DNA of 64,000 bases from the human T2T-CHM13v2.0 reference genome, Homo sapiens (GCF_009914755.1 NC_060937.1); one strand, 5' to 3'. Shown: positions 1-17,534, counted from the stretch's first letter. The notes: generated by a model from the sequence alone, not told the origin. A program made the numbers and translations.

Positions 1-3000
1 TACTGTACATGAAATATCAAAGTTCTCAAACTATATATTATATACTGCACATAAAATATCAAAGTACCCAAGGTATATATTCCATACTGTACAAAAAATA
101 TCAAAGTACCCAAAGCATATATTATATGCTGTACATAAAATATGAAAGTACATCAAATATATATTTTATTCTGTACATAAAATATCAAAGTACACCAAAT
201 ATATATTCTATACTGTACATAAAATATCAAGGTACCCAAACTATACATTATATACTGTACATAAAATATGAAATTACATCAAATATATATTATATTAGGT
301 ACATAAAATATGAAAGTACATCAAATATAGATTATATACTGTACATAAAATATCAAAGTACCCAAATATATATCATATACTGTACATGAAATATCAAAGC
401 TCACACACTATATATTATATACTGTACATAAAATATCAAAGTACCCAAACTATACTTTATATACTGTACATAAAATATGAAATTACATCAAATATATATT
501 TTATTAGGTATGTAAAATATGAAAGTACATCAAGTATAGATTTTATACTGTACATAAAATACCAAAGTACCCCAAATATATATTTTATACTGTACATGAA
601 ATATCAAAGTTCTCAAACTATATATTATATACTGCACATAAAATATCAAAGTACCCAAGGTATATATTACATACTGTACAAAAAATATCAAAGTACCCAA
701 AGCATATATTATATGCTGTACATAAAATATGAAAGTACATGAAATATATATTTTATTCTCTACATAAAATATCAAAGTACACCAAATATATATTCTATAC
801 TGTACATAAAATATCAAGGTACCCAAACTATACATTATATACTGTACATAAGATATGAAATTACATCAAATATATATTATATTAGGTACATAAAATATGA
901 AAGTACATCAAATATAGATTATATACGGTACATAAAATATCAAAGTACCCAAATATATATCATATACTGTACATGAAATATCAAAGTTCACAAACTATAT
1001 ATTATATACTGTACATAAAATATCAAAGTACCCAAACTATACATTTTATACTGTACATAAAATATGAAATTACATCAAATATATATTTTATTAGGTATGT
1101 AAAATATGAAAGTACATCAAATATAGATTATATACTGTACATAAAATACCAAAGTACCCCAAATATATATTCTATACTGTACATGAAATATCAAAGTTCT
1201 CAAACTATATATTATATAGTGCACATAAAATATCAAAGTACCCAAGGTATATATTCCATACTGTACAAAAAATATCAAAGTACCCAAAGCATATATTATA
1301 TGCTGTACATAAAATATGAAAGTACATGAAATATATATTTTATTCTGTACATAAAATATCAAAGTACACCAAATATATATTCTATACTGTACATAAAATA
1401 TCAAGGTACCCAAACTATACATTATATACTGTACATAAGATATGAAATTACATCAAATATATATTATATAAGGTACATAAAATATGAAAGTACATCAAAC
1501 ATAGCTTATATACTGTACATAAAATATGAAAGTACATCAAATATAGATTATATACTGTACATAAAATACCAAAGTACCCCAAATATATATTTTATACTGT
1601 ACATGAAATATCAAAGTTCTCAAACTATATATTATATACTGCACATAAAATATCAAAGTACCCAAGGTATATATTCCATACTGTACAAAAAATATCAAAG
1701 TACCCAAAGCATATATTATATGCTGTACATAAAATATGAAAGTACATCAAATATATATTTTATTCTGTACATAAAATATCAAAGTACACCAAATATATAT
1801 TCTATACTGTACATAAAATATCAAGGTACCCAAACTATACATTATATACTGTACATAAAATATGAAATTACATCAAATATATATTATATTAGGTACATAA
1901 AATATGAAAGTACATCAAATATAGATTATATAGTGTACATAAAATATCAAAGTACCCAAATATATATCATATACTGTACATGAAATATCAAAGCTCACAC
2001 ACTATATATTATATACTGTACATAAAATATCAAAGTACCCAAACTATACTTTATATACTGTACATAAAATATGAAATTACATCAAATATATATTTTATTA
2101 GGTATGTAAAATATGAAAGTACATCAAGTATAGATTTTATACTGTACATAAAATACCAAAGTACCCCAAATATATATTTTATACTGTACATGAAATATCA
2201 AAGTTCTCAAACTATATATTATATACTGCACATAAAATATCAAAGTACCCAAGGTATATATTACATACTGTACAAAAAATATCAAAGTACCCAAAGCATA
2301 TATTATATGCTGTACATAAAATATGAAAGTACATGAAATATATATTTTATTCTCTACATAAAATATCAAAGTACACCAAATATATATTCTATACTGTACA
2401 TAAAATATCAAGGTACCCAAACTATACATTATATACTGTACATAAGATATGAAATTACATCAAATATATATTATATTAGGTACATAAAATATGAAAGTAC
2501 ATCAAATATAGATTATATACTGTACATAAAATATCAAAGTACCCAAATATATATCATATACTGTACATGAAATATCAAAGTTCACAAACTATATATTATA
2601 TACTGTACATAAAATATCAAAGTACCCAAACTATACATTTTATACTGTACATAAAATATGAAATTACATCAAATATATATTTTATTAGGTATGTAAAATA
2701 TGAAAGTACATCAAATATAGATTATATACTGTACATAAAATACCAAAGTACCCCAAATATATATTCTATACTGTACATGAAATATCAAAGTTCTCAAACT
2801 ATATATTATATAGTGCACAAAAAATATCAAAGTACCCAAGGTATATATTCCATACTGTACAAAAAATATCAAAGTACCCAAAGCATATATTATATGCTGT
2901 ACATAAAATATGAAAGTACATGAAATATATATTTTATTCTGTACATAAAATATCAAAGTACACCAAATATATATTCTATACTGTACATAAAATATCAAGG

Positions 3001-3090
3001 TACCCAAACTATACATTATATACTGTACATAAGATATGAAATTACATCAAATATATATTATATAAGGTACATAAAATATGAAAGTACATC
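1..3090 (+). repeat. 1,594-bp tandem duplication within domain 1
   Basis: ORF pairs 9/1603, 386/1980, 973/2567. Private variants aagctcacacact (~397, ~1991), caagtatagatttt (~531, ~2125) and tataaggtac (~1467, ~3061) recur. Confidence 0.88.
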
Positions 3091-6000
3091 AAATATAGAT
3101 TATATACTGTGCATAAAATACCAAAGTACCCCAAATATATATTTTATACTGTACATGAAATATCAAAGTTCTCAAACTATATATTATATACTGCACATAA
3201 AATATCAAAGTACCCAAGGTATATATTCCATACTGTACAAAAAATATCAAAGTACCCAAAGCATATATTATATGCTGTACATAAAATATGAAGGTACATC
3301 AAATAAATATTTTATTCTGTACATAAAATATCAAACTACACCAAACATATATTCTATACTGTACATAAAATATCAAGGTACCCAAACTATACATTATATA
3401 CTGTACATAAAATATGAAATTACATCAAATATATATTATATTAGGTACATAAAATATGAAAGTACATCAAATATAGATTATATAATGTACATAAAATATC
3501 AAAGTACCCAAATATATATCATATACTGTACATGAAATATCAAAGTTCACAAACTATATATTATATACTGTACATAAAATATCAAAGTACCCAACTATTC
3601 ATTATATACTGTACATAAAAGATGAAATTACATCAAATATATATTATATTATGTATGTAAAATATGAAAGTACATGAAATATAGATTATATACTGTACAT
3701 AAAATACCAAAATACCCCAAATATATATTTTATACTGTACATGAAATATCAAAGTTCTCAAACTATATATTAAATACTGCACATAAAATATCAAAGTACC
3801 CAAGGTATATATTCCATACTGTACAAAAAATATCAAAGTACCCATAGCATATATTATATGCTGTACATAAAATATGAAAGTACATCAAATATATATTTTA
3901 TTCTGTACATAAAATATCAAAGTACACCAAATATATATTCTATACTGGTCATAAAATATCAAGGTACCCAAACTATACATTATATACTGTACATAAAATA
4001 TGAAATTACATCAAATATATATTATATTAGGTACATAAAATATGAAAGTACATCAAATATAGCTTATATACTGTACATAAAATATCAAAGTACCCAAATA
4101 TATATCATATACTGTACATGAAATATCAAAGTTCACAAACTATATATTATATCCTGTACATAAAATATCAAAGTACCCAAACTATACATTATATACTGTA
4201 CATAAAATATGAAATTACATCAAATATATATTATATTAGGTATGTAAAATATGAAAGTACATCAAATATAGATTATATACTGTACATAAAATACCAAAGT
4301 ACCCCAAATATATATTTTATACTGTACTTCAAATATCAAAGTTCTCAAACTATATATTATATACCGCACATAAAATATCAAAGTACCCAAGGTATATATT
4401 CCATACTGTACAAAAAATATCAACGTACCCATAGCATATATTATATGCTGTACATAAAATATGAAAGTACATCAAATATATATTTTATTCTGTACATAAA
4501 ATATCAAAGTACACCAAATATCTATTCTATACTGTACATAAAATATCAAGGTACCCAAACTATACATTATATACTGTACATAAAATATGAAATTACATCA
4601 AATATATATTATATTAGGTACATAAAATATGAAAGTACATCAAATATAGATTATATACTGTACATAAAATATCAAAGTACCCAAATATATATCATATACT
4701 GTACATGAAATATCAAAGTTCACAAACTATATATTATATACTGTACATAAAATATAAAAGTGCCCAAACTATACATTATATACTGTACATAAAAGATGAA
4801 ATTACATCAAATATATATTATATTAGGTATGTAAAATATGAAAGTACATCAAATATAGATTATATAGTGTAAATAAAATACCAAAGTACCCCAAATATAT
4901 ATTTTATACTGTTCATGAAATATCAAAGTTCTCAAACTATATATTATATACTGCACCTAAAATATCAAAGTACCCAAGGTATATATTCCATAATGTACAA
5001 AAAATATCAAAGTACCCAAAGCATATATTATATGCTGTACATAAAATATGAAAGTACATCAAATATATATTTTATGCTGTACATAAAATATCAAAGTACA
5101 CCAAATATATTCTATACTGTACATTAAAATATCAAGGTACCCAAACTATACATTGTATACTGTACATAAAATATGAAATTACATCAAATATATATTATAT
5201 TAGGTACATAAAATATGAAAGTACATCAAATATAGATTATATACTGTACATAAAATATCAAAGTACCCAAATATATATCATATACTGTACATGAAATATC
5301 AAAGTTCACAAACTATATATTATATACTGTACATAAAATAGCAAAGTACCCAAACTATACATTATATACTGTACATAAAAGATGAAATTACATCAAATAT
5401 ATATTATCTTAGGTATGGAAAATATGAAAGTACATCAAATATAGATTATATACTGTACATAAAATACCAAAGTACCCCAAATATATATTTTATACTGTAC
5501 ATGAAATATCGAAGTTCTCAAACTATATATTATATACTGCACATAAAATATCAAAGTACCCAAGGTATATATTCCATACTGTACAAAAAATATCAAAGTA
5601 CCCAAAGCATATATTATATGCTGTACATAAAATATGAAAGTACATGAAATATATATTTTATTCTGTACATAAAATATCAAAGTACACCAAATATATATTC
5701 TATACTGTACATAAAATATCAAGGTACCCAAACTATACATTATATACTGTACATAAAATATGAAATTACATCAAATATATATTATATTAGGTACATAAAA
5801 TATGAAAGTACATCAAATATAGATTATATACTGTACATAAAATATCAAAGTACCCAAACTATACATTATATACTGTACATAAAATATGAAATTACATCAA
5901 ATATATATTATATTAGGTATGTAAAATATGAAAGTACATCAAATATAGATTATATACTGTACATAAAATACCAAAGTACCCCAAATATATATTTTATACT

Positions 6001-9000
6001 ATACATGAAATATCAAAGTTCTCAAACTATATATTATATACTGCACATAAAATATCAAAGTACCCAAGGTATATATTCCATACTGTACAAAAAATATCAA
6101 AGTACCCAAAGCATATATTATATGCTGTACATAAAATATGAAAGTACATCAAATATATATTTTATTCTGTACATAAAATATCAAAGTACACCAAATATAT
6201 ATTCTATACTGTACATAAAATATCAAGGTACCCAAACTATACATTATATACTGTACATAAAATATGAAATTACATCAAATATATATTATATTAGGTACAT
6301 AAAATATGAAAGTACATCAAATATAGATTATATACTGTACATAAAATATCAAAGTACCCAAATATATATCATATACTGTACATGAAATATCAAAGCTCAC
6401 ACACTATATATTATATACTGTACATAAAATATCAAAGTACCCAAACTATACTTTATATACTGTACATAAAATATGAAATTACATCAAATATATATTTTAT
6501 TAGGTATGTAAAATATGAAAGTACATCAAGTATAGATTTTATACTGTACATAAAATACCAAAGTACCCCAAATATATATTTTATACTGTACATGAAATAT
6601 CAAAGTTCTCAAACTATATATTATATACTGCACATAAAATATCAAAGTACCCAAGGTATATATTACATACTGTACAAAAAATATCAAAGTACCCAAAGCA
6701 TATATTATATGCTGTACATAAAATATGAAAGTACATGAAATATATATTTTATTCTCTACATAAAATATCAAAGTACACCAAATATATATTCTATACTGTA
6801 CATAAAATATCAAGGTACCCAAACTATACATTATATACTGTACATAAGATATGAAATTACATCAAATATATATTATATTAGGTACATAAAATATGAAAGT
6901 ACATCAAATATAGATTATATACTGTACATAAAATATCAAAGTACCCAAATATATATCATATACTGTACATGAAATATCAAAGTTCACAAACTATATATTA
7001 TATACTGTACATAAAATATCAAAGTACCCAAACTATACATTTTATACTGTACATAAAATATGAAATTACATCAAATATATATTTTATTAGGTATGTAAAA
7101 TATGAAAGTACATCAAATATAGATTATATACTGTACATAAAATACCAAAGTACCCCAAATATATATTCTATACTGTACATGAAATATCAAAGTTCTCAAA
7201 CTATATATTATATAGTGCACAAAAAATATCAAAGTACCCAAGGTATATATTCCATACTGTACAAAAAATATCAAAGTACCCAAAGCATATATTATATGCT
7301 GTACATAAAATATGAAAGTACATGAAATATATATTTTATTCTGTACATAAAATATCAAAGTACACCAAATATATATTCTATACTGTACATAAAATATCAA
7401 GGTACCCAAACTATACATTATATACTGTACATAAGATATGAAATTACATCAAATATATATTATATAAGGTACATAAAATATGAAAGTACATCAAATATAG
7501 ATTATATACTGTGCATAAAATACCAAAGTACCCCAAATATATATTTTATACTGTACATGAAATATCAAAGTTCTCAAACTATATATTATATACTGCACAT
7601 AAAATATCAAAGTACCCAAGGTATATATTCCATACTGTACAAAAAATATCAAAGTACCCAAAGCATATATTATATGCTGTACATAAAATATGAAGGTACA
7701 TCAAATAAATATTTTATTCTGTACATAAAATATCAAACTACACCAAACATATATTCTATACTGTACATAAAATATCAAGGTACCCAAACTATACATTATA
7801 TACTGTACATAAAATATGAAATTACATTAAATATATATTATATTAGGTACATAAAATATGAAAGTACATCAAATATAGATTATATAATGTACATAAAATA
7901 TCAAAGTACCCAAATATATATCATATACTGTACATGAAATATCAAAGTTCACAAACTATATATTATATACTGTACATAAAATATCAAAGTACCCAACTAT
8001 TCATTATATACTGTACATAAAAGATGAAATTACATCAAATATATATTATATTATGTATGTAAAATATGAAAGTACATGAAATATAGATTATATACTGTAC
8101 ATAAAATACCAAAATACCCCAAATATATATTTTATACTGTACATGAAATATCAAAGTTCTCAAACTATATATTAAATACTGCACATAAAATATCAAAGTA
8201 CCCAAGGTATATATTCCATACTGTACAAAAAATATCAAAGTACCCATAGCATATATTATATGCTGTACATAAAATATGAAAGTACATCAAATATATATTT
8301 TATTCTGTACATAAAATATCAAAGTACACCAAATATATATTCTATACTGGTCATAAAATATCAAGGTACCCAAACTATACATTATATACTGTACATAAAA
8401 TATGAAATTACATCAAATATATATTATATTAGGTACATAAAATATGAAAGTACATCAAATATAGCTTATATACTGTACATAAAATATCAAAGTACCCAAA
8501 TATATATCATATACTGTACATGAAATATCAAAGTTCACAAACTATATATTATATCCTGTACATAAAATATCAAAGTACCCAAACTATACATTATATACTG
8601 TACATAAAATATGAAATTACATCAAATATATATTATATTAGGTATGTAAAATATGAAAGTACATCAAATATAGATTATATACTGTACATAAAATACCAAA
8701 GTACCCCAAATATATATTTTATACTGTACTTCAAATATCAAAGTTCTCAAACTATATATTATATACCGCACATAAAATATCAAAGTACCCAAGGTATATA
8801 TTCCATACTGTACAAAAAATATCAACGTACCCATAGCATATATTATATGCTGTACATAAAATATGAAAGTACATCAAATATATATTTTATTCTGTACATA
8901 AAATATCAAAGTACACCAAATATCTATTCTATACTGTACATAAAATATCAAGGTACCCAAACTATACATTATATACTGTACATAAAATATGAAATTACAT

Positions 9001-9670
9001 CAAATATATATTATATTAGGTACATAAAATATGAAAGTACATCAAATATAGATTATATACTGTACATAAAATATCAAAGTACCCAAATATATATCATATA
9101 CTGTACATGAAATATCAAAGTTCACAAACTATATATTATATACTGTACATAAAATATAAAAGTGCCCAAACTATACATTATATACTGTACATAAAAGATG
9201 AAATTACATCAAATATATATTATATTAGGTATGTAAAATATGAAAGTACATCAAATATAGATTATATAGTGTAAATAAAATACCAAAGTACCCCAAATAT
9301 ATATTTTATACTGTTCATGAAATATCAAAGTTCTCAAACTATATATTATATACTGCACCTAAAATATCAAAGTACCCAAGGTATATATTCCATAATGTAC
9401 AAAAAATATCAAAGTACCCAAAGCATATATTATATGCTGTACATAAAATATGAAAGTACATCAAATATATATTTTATGCTGTACATAAAATATCAAAGTA
9501 CACCAAATATATTCTATACTGTACATTAAAATATCAAGGTACCCAAACTATACATTGTATACTGTACATAAAATATGAAATTACATCAAATATATATTAT
9601 ATTAGGTACATAAAATATGAAAGTACATCAAATATAGATTATATACTGTACATAAAATATCAAAGTACCC
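1595..9670 (+). repeat. 4,402-bp-offset duplication (~1595-5270 repeated at ~5997-9670)
   Basis: ORF pairs 1603/6005, 1980/6382, 2567/6969, 3155/7557, 4118/8520, 4915/9317. Private variants tacttc (4325/8727), caacgt (4421/8823) and actggtc (~3944/~8346) recur. Confidence 0.92.
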
Positions 9671-12600
9671 AAATAAATATCATATACTATACATGAAATA
9701 TCAAAGTTCACAAAGTATATATTATATACTGTACATAAAATATCAAAGTACCCAAACTATACATTATATACTGTACATAAAATATGAAATTACATCAAAT
9801 ATATATTATATTAGGTATGTAAAATATGAAAGTACATCAAATATAGATTATATACTGTACATAAAATACCAAAGTACCCCAAATATATATTTTATACTGT
9901 ACATGAAATATCAAAGTTCTCAAACTATATATTATATACTGCACCTAAAATATCAAAGTACCCAAGGTATATATTCCATACTGTACAAAAAATATCAAAG
10001 TACCCAAAGCATATATTATATGCTGTACATAAAATATCAAAGTACATGAAATATATATTTTATTCTCTACGTAAAATATCAAAGTACACCAAATATATAT
10101 TCTATACTGTACAGAAAATATCAAGGTACCCAAGCTATACATTATATACTGTACATAAAATATGAAATTACATCAAATATATATTATATTAGGTACATAA
10201 AATATGAAAGTACATCAATTATAGATTATATACTGTACATAAAATATCAAAGTACCCAAATATATATCATATACTGTACCTGAAATATCAAAGTTCACAA
10301 ACTATATATTATATACTGTACATAAAATATAAAAGTACCCAAACTATACATTATATACTGTACATAAACTATGAAATTACACCAAATATATATTATATTA
10401 GGTATGTAAAATATGAAAGTACATCAAATATAGATTATATACTGTACATAAAATACCAAAGTACCCCAAATATATATTTTATACTGTACATGAAATATCA
10501 AAGTTCTCAAACTATATATTATATACTGCACATAAAATATCAAAGTACCCAAGGTATATATTCCATACTGTACAAAAAATATCAAAGTACCCAAAGCATA
10601 TATTATATGCTGTACATAAAATATGAAAGTACATGAAATATATATTTTATTCTCTACATAAAATATCAAAGTACACCAAATATACATTCTATACTGTACA
10701 TAAAATATAAAGGTACCCAAACTATACATTATATACTGTACATAAAATATGAAATTACATCAAATATATATTATATTAGGTACATAAAATATGAAAGTAC
10801 ATCAAATATAGATTATATACTGTACATAAAATATCAAAGTACCCAAATATATATCATATACTGTACATGAAATATCAAAGTTCACAAACTATATATTATA
10901 TACTGCACATAAAATATCAAAGTACCCAAGGTATATATTCCACACTGTACAAAAAATATCAAAGTACCGAAAGCATATCTTATATGCTGTACATAAAATA
11001 TGAAACTACATCATCTAATATATATTATATTAGGTACATAAAATATGAAAGTACATCAAATATAGATTATATACTGTACATAAAATATCAAAGTACCCAA
11101 ATATATATCATATACTGTACATGAAATATCAAAGTTCACAAACTATATATTATACACTGTACATAAAATATCAAAGTACCCAAACTATACTTTATATAAT
11201 CTACATAAAATATGAAATTACATCAAATATATATTTTATTAAGTATGTAAAATATGAAAGTACATCAAATATAGATTATATACTGTACATAAAATACCAA
11301 AGTACCCCAAATATGTATTTTATACTGTACATGAAATATCAAATTTCTCAAACTATATATTATATACTGCACATAAAATATCAAAGTACCCAAGGTATAT
11401 ATTCCATACTGTACAAAAAATATCAAAGTACCCATAGCATATATTATATGCTGTACATAAAATATGAAAGTACATCAAATATATATTTTATTCTGTACAT
11501 AAAATATCAAAGTACACCAAATATATATTCTATACTGTACATAAAATATCAAGGTACCCAAACTATACATTATATACTGTACATAAGATATGAAATTACA
11601 TCAAATATATATTATATTAGGTACATAAAATATGAAAGTACATCAAATATAGCTTATATACTGTACATAAAATATCAAAGTACCCAAATATATATCATAT
11701 ACTGTACATGAAATATCAAAGTTCACAAACTATATATTATATCCTGTACATAAAATATCAAAGTACCCAAACTATACATTATATACTGTACATAAAAGAT
11801 GAAATTACATCAAATATATATTATCTTAGTTATGTAAAATATGAAAGTACATCAAATATAGATTATATACTGTACATAAAATACCAAAGTACCCCAAATA
11901 TATATTATATACTGTACATGAAATATCAAAGTTCTCAAACTATATATTATATACTGCACATAAAATATCAAAGTACCCAAGGTATATATTCCATACTGTA
12001 CAAAAAATATCAAAGTACCCAAAGCATATATTATATGCTGTACATAAAATATGAAAGTACATCAAATATATATTTTATTCTGTACATAAAATATCAAAGT
12101 ACACCAAATATATATTCTATACTGTACATAAAATATCAAGGTACCCAAACTATACATTATATACTGTACATAAAATATGAAATTACATCAAATATATATT
12201 ATATTAGGTACATAAAATATGAAAGTACATCAAATATAGATTATATACTGTACATAAAATCTCAAAGTACCCAAATATATATCATATACTGTACATGATA
12301 TATCAAAGTTCACAAACTATATATTATATACTGTACATAAAATATCAAAGTACCCAAACTATACATTATATACTGTACATAAAATATGAAATTACATCAA
12401 ATATATATTTTATTAGGTATGTAAAATATGAAAGTACATCAAATAGAGATTATATACTGTACATAAAATACCAAAGTACCCCAAATATACATTTTATACT
12501 GTACATGAAATATCAAAGTTCTCAAACTATGTATTATATACTGCACATAAAATATCAAAGTACCCAAGGTATATATTCCATACTGTACAAAAAATATCAA

Positions 12601-15600
12601 AGTACCCAAAGCATATATAATATGCTGTACATAAAATATGAAAGTACATGAAATATATATTTTATTCTCTACATAAAATATCAAAGTACACCAAATATAT
12701 ATTCTATACTGTACAAAAAATATCAAGGTACCCAAACTATACATTATATACTGTACATAAAATATGAAATTACATCAAATATATATTATATTAGGTACAT
12801 ATAATAAGAAAGTACATCAAATATAGATTATATACTGTACATAAAATATCAAAGTACCCAAATATATATCATATAGTGTACATGAAATATCAAAGTTCAC
12901 AAACTATATATTATATACTGTACATAAAATATCAAAGTACCCAAACTATACATTATATACTGTACATAAAATATGAAATTACATCAAATATATATTTTAT
13001 TAGGTATGTAAAATATGAAAGTACATCAAATATAGATTATATACTGTACATAAAATACCAAAGTACCCCAAATATATATTTTATACTGTACATGAAATAT
13101 CAAAGTTCTCAAACTATATATTATATAGTGCACATAAAATATCAAAGTACCCAAGGTATATATTCCAAACTGTACAAAAATTATCAAAGTACCCAAAGCA
13201 TATATTATATGCTGTACATAAAATATGAAAGTACATCAAATATATATTTTATTCTCTACATAAAATATCAAAGTACACCAAATATATATTCTATATGGTA
13301 CATAAAATATCAAGGTACCCAAACTATACATTATATACTGTAGATAAGATATGAAATTACATCAAATATATATTATATTAGGTACATAAAATATGAAAGT
13401 ACATCAAATATAGATTATATACTGTACATAAAATATCAAAGTACCCAAATATATATCATATACTGTACATGAAATATCAAAGTTCACAAACTATATATTA
13501 TATACTGTACATAAAATATCAAAGTACCCAAACTATACATTATATACTGTACATAAAATCTGAAATTACATCAAATATATATTAAATTAGGTATGTAAAA
13601 TATGAAAGTACATCAAATATAGATTATATACTGTACATAAAATACCAAAGTACGCCAAATATATATTCTATACTGTACATGAAATATCAAAGTTCTCAAA
13701 CTATATATTATATAGTGCACATAAAATATCAAAGTACCCAAGGTATATATTCCATACTGTACAAAAAATATCAAAGTACCCAAAGCATATATTATATGCT
13801 GTACATAAAATATGAAAGTACATCAAATATATATTTTATTCTGTACATAAAATATCAAAGTACACCAAATATATATTCTATCCTGTACATAAAATATCAA
13901 GATACCCAAACTATACATTATATACTGTACATAATATATGAAATTACATCAAATATATATTATATTAGGTACATAAAATATGAAAGTACATCAAATATAG
14001 CTTATATACTGTACATAAAATATCAAAGTACCCAAATATATATCATATACTGTACATGAAATATCAAAGTTCACAAACTATATATTATATACTGTACAGA
14101 AAATATCAAAGTACCCAAACTATACATTATATACTGTACATAAAAGATGAAATTACATCAAATATATATTATATTAGGTATGTAAAATATGAAAGTACAT
14201 CAAATATAGATTATATACTGTACATAAAATACCAAAGTACCCCAAATATATATTTTATACTGTACATGAAATATCAAAGTTCTCAAACTATATATTATAT
14301 AGTGCACATAAAATATCAAAGTCCCCAAGGTATATATTCCATACTGTACAGAAAATATCAAAGTACCCAAAGCATATATTATATGCTGTACATAAAATAT
14401 GAAAGTACATCAAATATCTATTTTATTCTGTACATAAAATATCAAAGTACACCAAATATATATTCTATACTGTACATAAAATATCAAGGTACCCAAACTA
14501 TACATTATATACTGTACATAAAATATGAAATTACATCAAATATATATTATATTAGGTACATAAAATATGAAAGTACATCAAATATAGCTTATATACTGTA
14601 CATAAAATATCAAAGTACCCAAATATATATCATATACTGTACATGAAATATCAAAGTTCACAAACTATATATTATATACTGTACATAAAATATCAAAGTA
14701 CCCAAACTATACATTATATACTGTACATAAAAGATGAAATTACATCAAATATATATTATATTAGGTATGTAAAATATGAAAGTACATCAAATATAGATTA
14801 TATACTGTACATAAAATACCAAAGTACCCCAAATATATATTATATACTGTACATGAAATATCAAAGTTCTCAAACTATATATTATATACTGCACATAAAA
14901 TATCAAAGTATCCAAGGTATATATTCCATACTGTACAAAAAATATCAAAGTACCCAAAGCATATATTATATGCTGTACATAAAATATGAAAGTACATGAA
15001 ATATATATTTTATTCTGTACATAAAATATCAAAGTACACCAAATATATATTCTATACTGTACATAAAATATCAAGGTACCCAAACTATACATTATATACT
15101 GTACATAAAATATGAAATTACATCAGATATATATTATATTAGGTACATAAAATATGAAAGTACATCAAATATAGATTATATACTGTACATAAAATATCAA
15201 AGTACCCAAATATATACCATATACTGTACATGAAATACCAAAGTTCACAAACTATATATTATATACTGTACATAAAATATCAAAGTACCCAAACTATAGA
15301 TTATATACTGTACATAAAATATGAAATTACATCAAATATATATTTTATTAGGGATGTAAAATATGAAAGTACATCAAATATAGATTATATACTGTACATA
15401 AAATACCAAAGTACCCCAAATATATATTTTATACTGTACATGAAATATCAAAGTTCTCAAACTATATATTATATACTGCACATAAAATATCAAAGTACCC
15501 AAGGTATACATTCCATACTGTACAAAAAATATCAAAGTACCCAAAGCATATATTATATGCTGTACATAAAATATGAAAGTAAATGAAATATATATTTTAT

Positions 15601-17534
15601 TCTCTACATAAAATATCAAAGTACACCAAATATATATTCTATACTGTACATAAAATATCAAGGTACCCAAACTATACATTATATACTGTACATAAAATAT
15701 GAAATTACATCAAATATATATTATATTAGGTACATAAAATATGAAAGTGCATCAAATATAGATTCTATACTGTACATAAAATATCAAAGTACCCAAATAT
15801 ATATCATATACTGTACATGAAATATCAAAGTTCACAAACTATATATTATATACTGTACATAAAATATCAAAGTACCCAAACTATACATTATATACTGTAC
15901 ATAAAATATGAAATTACATCAAATATATATTTTATTAGGTATGTAAAATATGAAAGTACATCAAATATAGATTATATACTGTACATAAAATACCAAAGTA
16001 CCCTAAATATATATTTTATACTGTACATGAAATATCAAAGTTCTCAAACTATATATTATATACTGCACATAAAATATCAAAGTACCCAAGTTATATACTC
16101 CATACTGTACAAAAAATATCAAAGTACCCAAAGCATATATTATATGCTGTACATAAAATATGAAAGTACATCAAATATATATTTTATTCTGTACATAAAA
16201 TATCAAAGTACACCAAATATATATTCTATACTGTACATAAAATATCAAGGTACCCAAACTATACATTATATACTGTACATAAAATATGAAATTACATCAA
16301 ATATATATTATATTAGGTACATAAAATATGAAAGTACATCAAATATAGATTATATACTGTACATAAAATATCAAAGTACCCAAATATATATCATATACTG
16401 TACATGAAATATCAAAGTTCACAAACTATATATTATATACTGTACATAAAATATCAAAGTACACAAACTATACATTATATACTGTACATAAAATATGAAA
16501 TTACATCAAATATATATTTTATTAGGTATGTAAAATATGAAAGTACATCAAATATAGATTCTATACTGTACATAAAATACCAAAGTACCCCAAATATATA
16601 TTTAATACTGTACATGAAATATCAAAGTTCTCAAACTGTATATTATATAGTGCACATAAAATATCAAAGTACCCAAGGTATATATTCCATACTGTACAAA
16701 AATTATCAAAGTACCCAAAGCATATATTATATGCTGTACATAACATATGAAAGTTCATCAAATATATATTTTATTCTGTACATAAAATATCAAAGTACAC
16801 CCAATATATATTCTATACTGTACATAAAATATCAAGGTACCCAAACTATACATTATATACTGTACATAAAATATGAAATTACATCAAATATATATTATAT
16901 TAGGTACATAAAATATGAAAGTACATCAAATATAGATTATATACTGTACATAAAATATCAAAGTACCCAAATATATATCATATACTGTACATGAAATATC
17001 AAAGTTCACAAACTATATATTATATACTGTACATAAAATATCAAAGTACCCACACTATACATTATATACTGTACATAAAATATGAAATTACATCAAATAT
17101 ATATTATATTAGGTATGTAAAAAATGAAAGTACATCAAATATAGATTATATACTGTACATAAAATACCAAAGTACCCCAAATATATATTTTATACTGTAC
17201 ATGAAATATCAAAGTTCTCAAACTATATATTATATACTGCACATAAAATATCAAAGTACCCAAGGTATATATTCCATACTGTACAAAAAATATCAAAGTA
17301 CCCAAAGCATATATTATATGCTGTACATAAAATATGAAAGTACATGAAATATATATTTTATTCTCTACATAAAATATGAAAGTACACCAAATATATATTC
17401 TATACTATACATAAAATATCAAGGTACCCAAACTATACATTATATACTGTACATAAAATATGAAATTACATCAAATATATATTATATTAGGTACATAAAA
17501 TATGAAAGTACATCAAATATAGATTATATACTGT

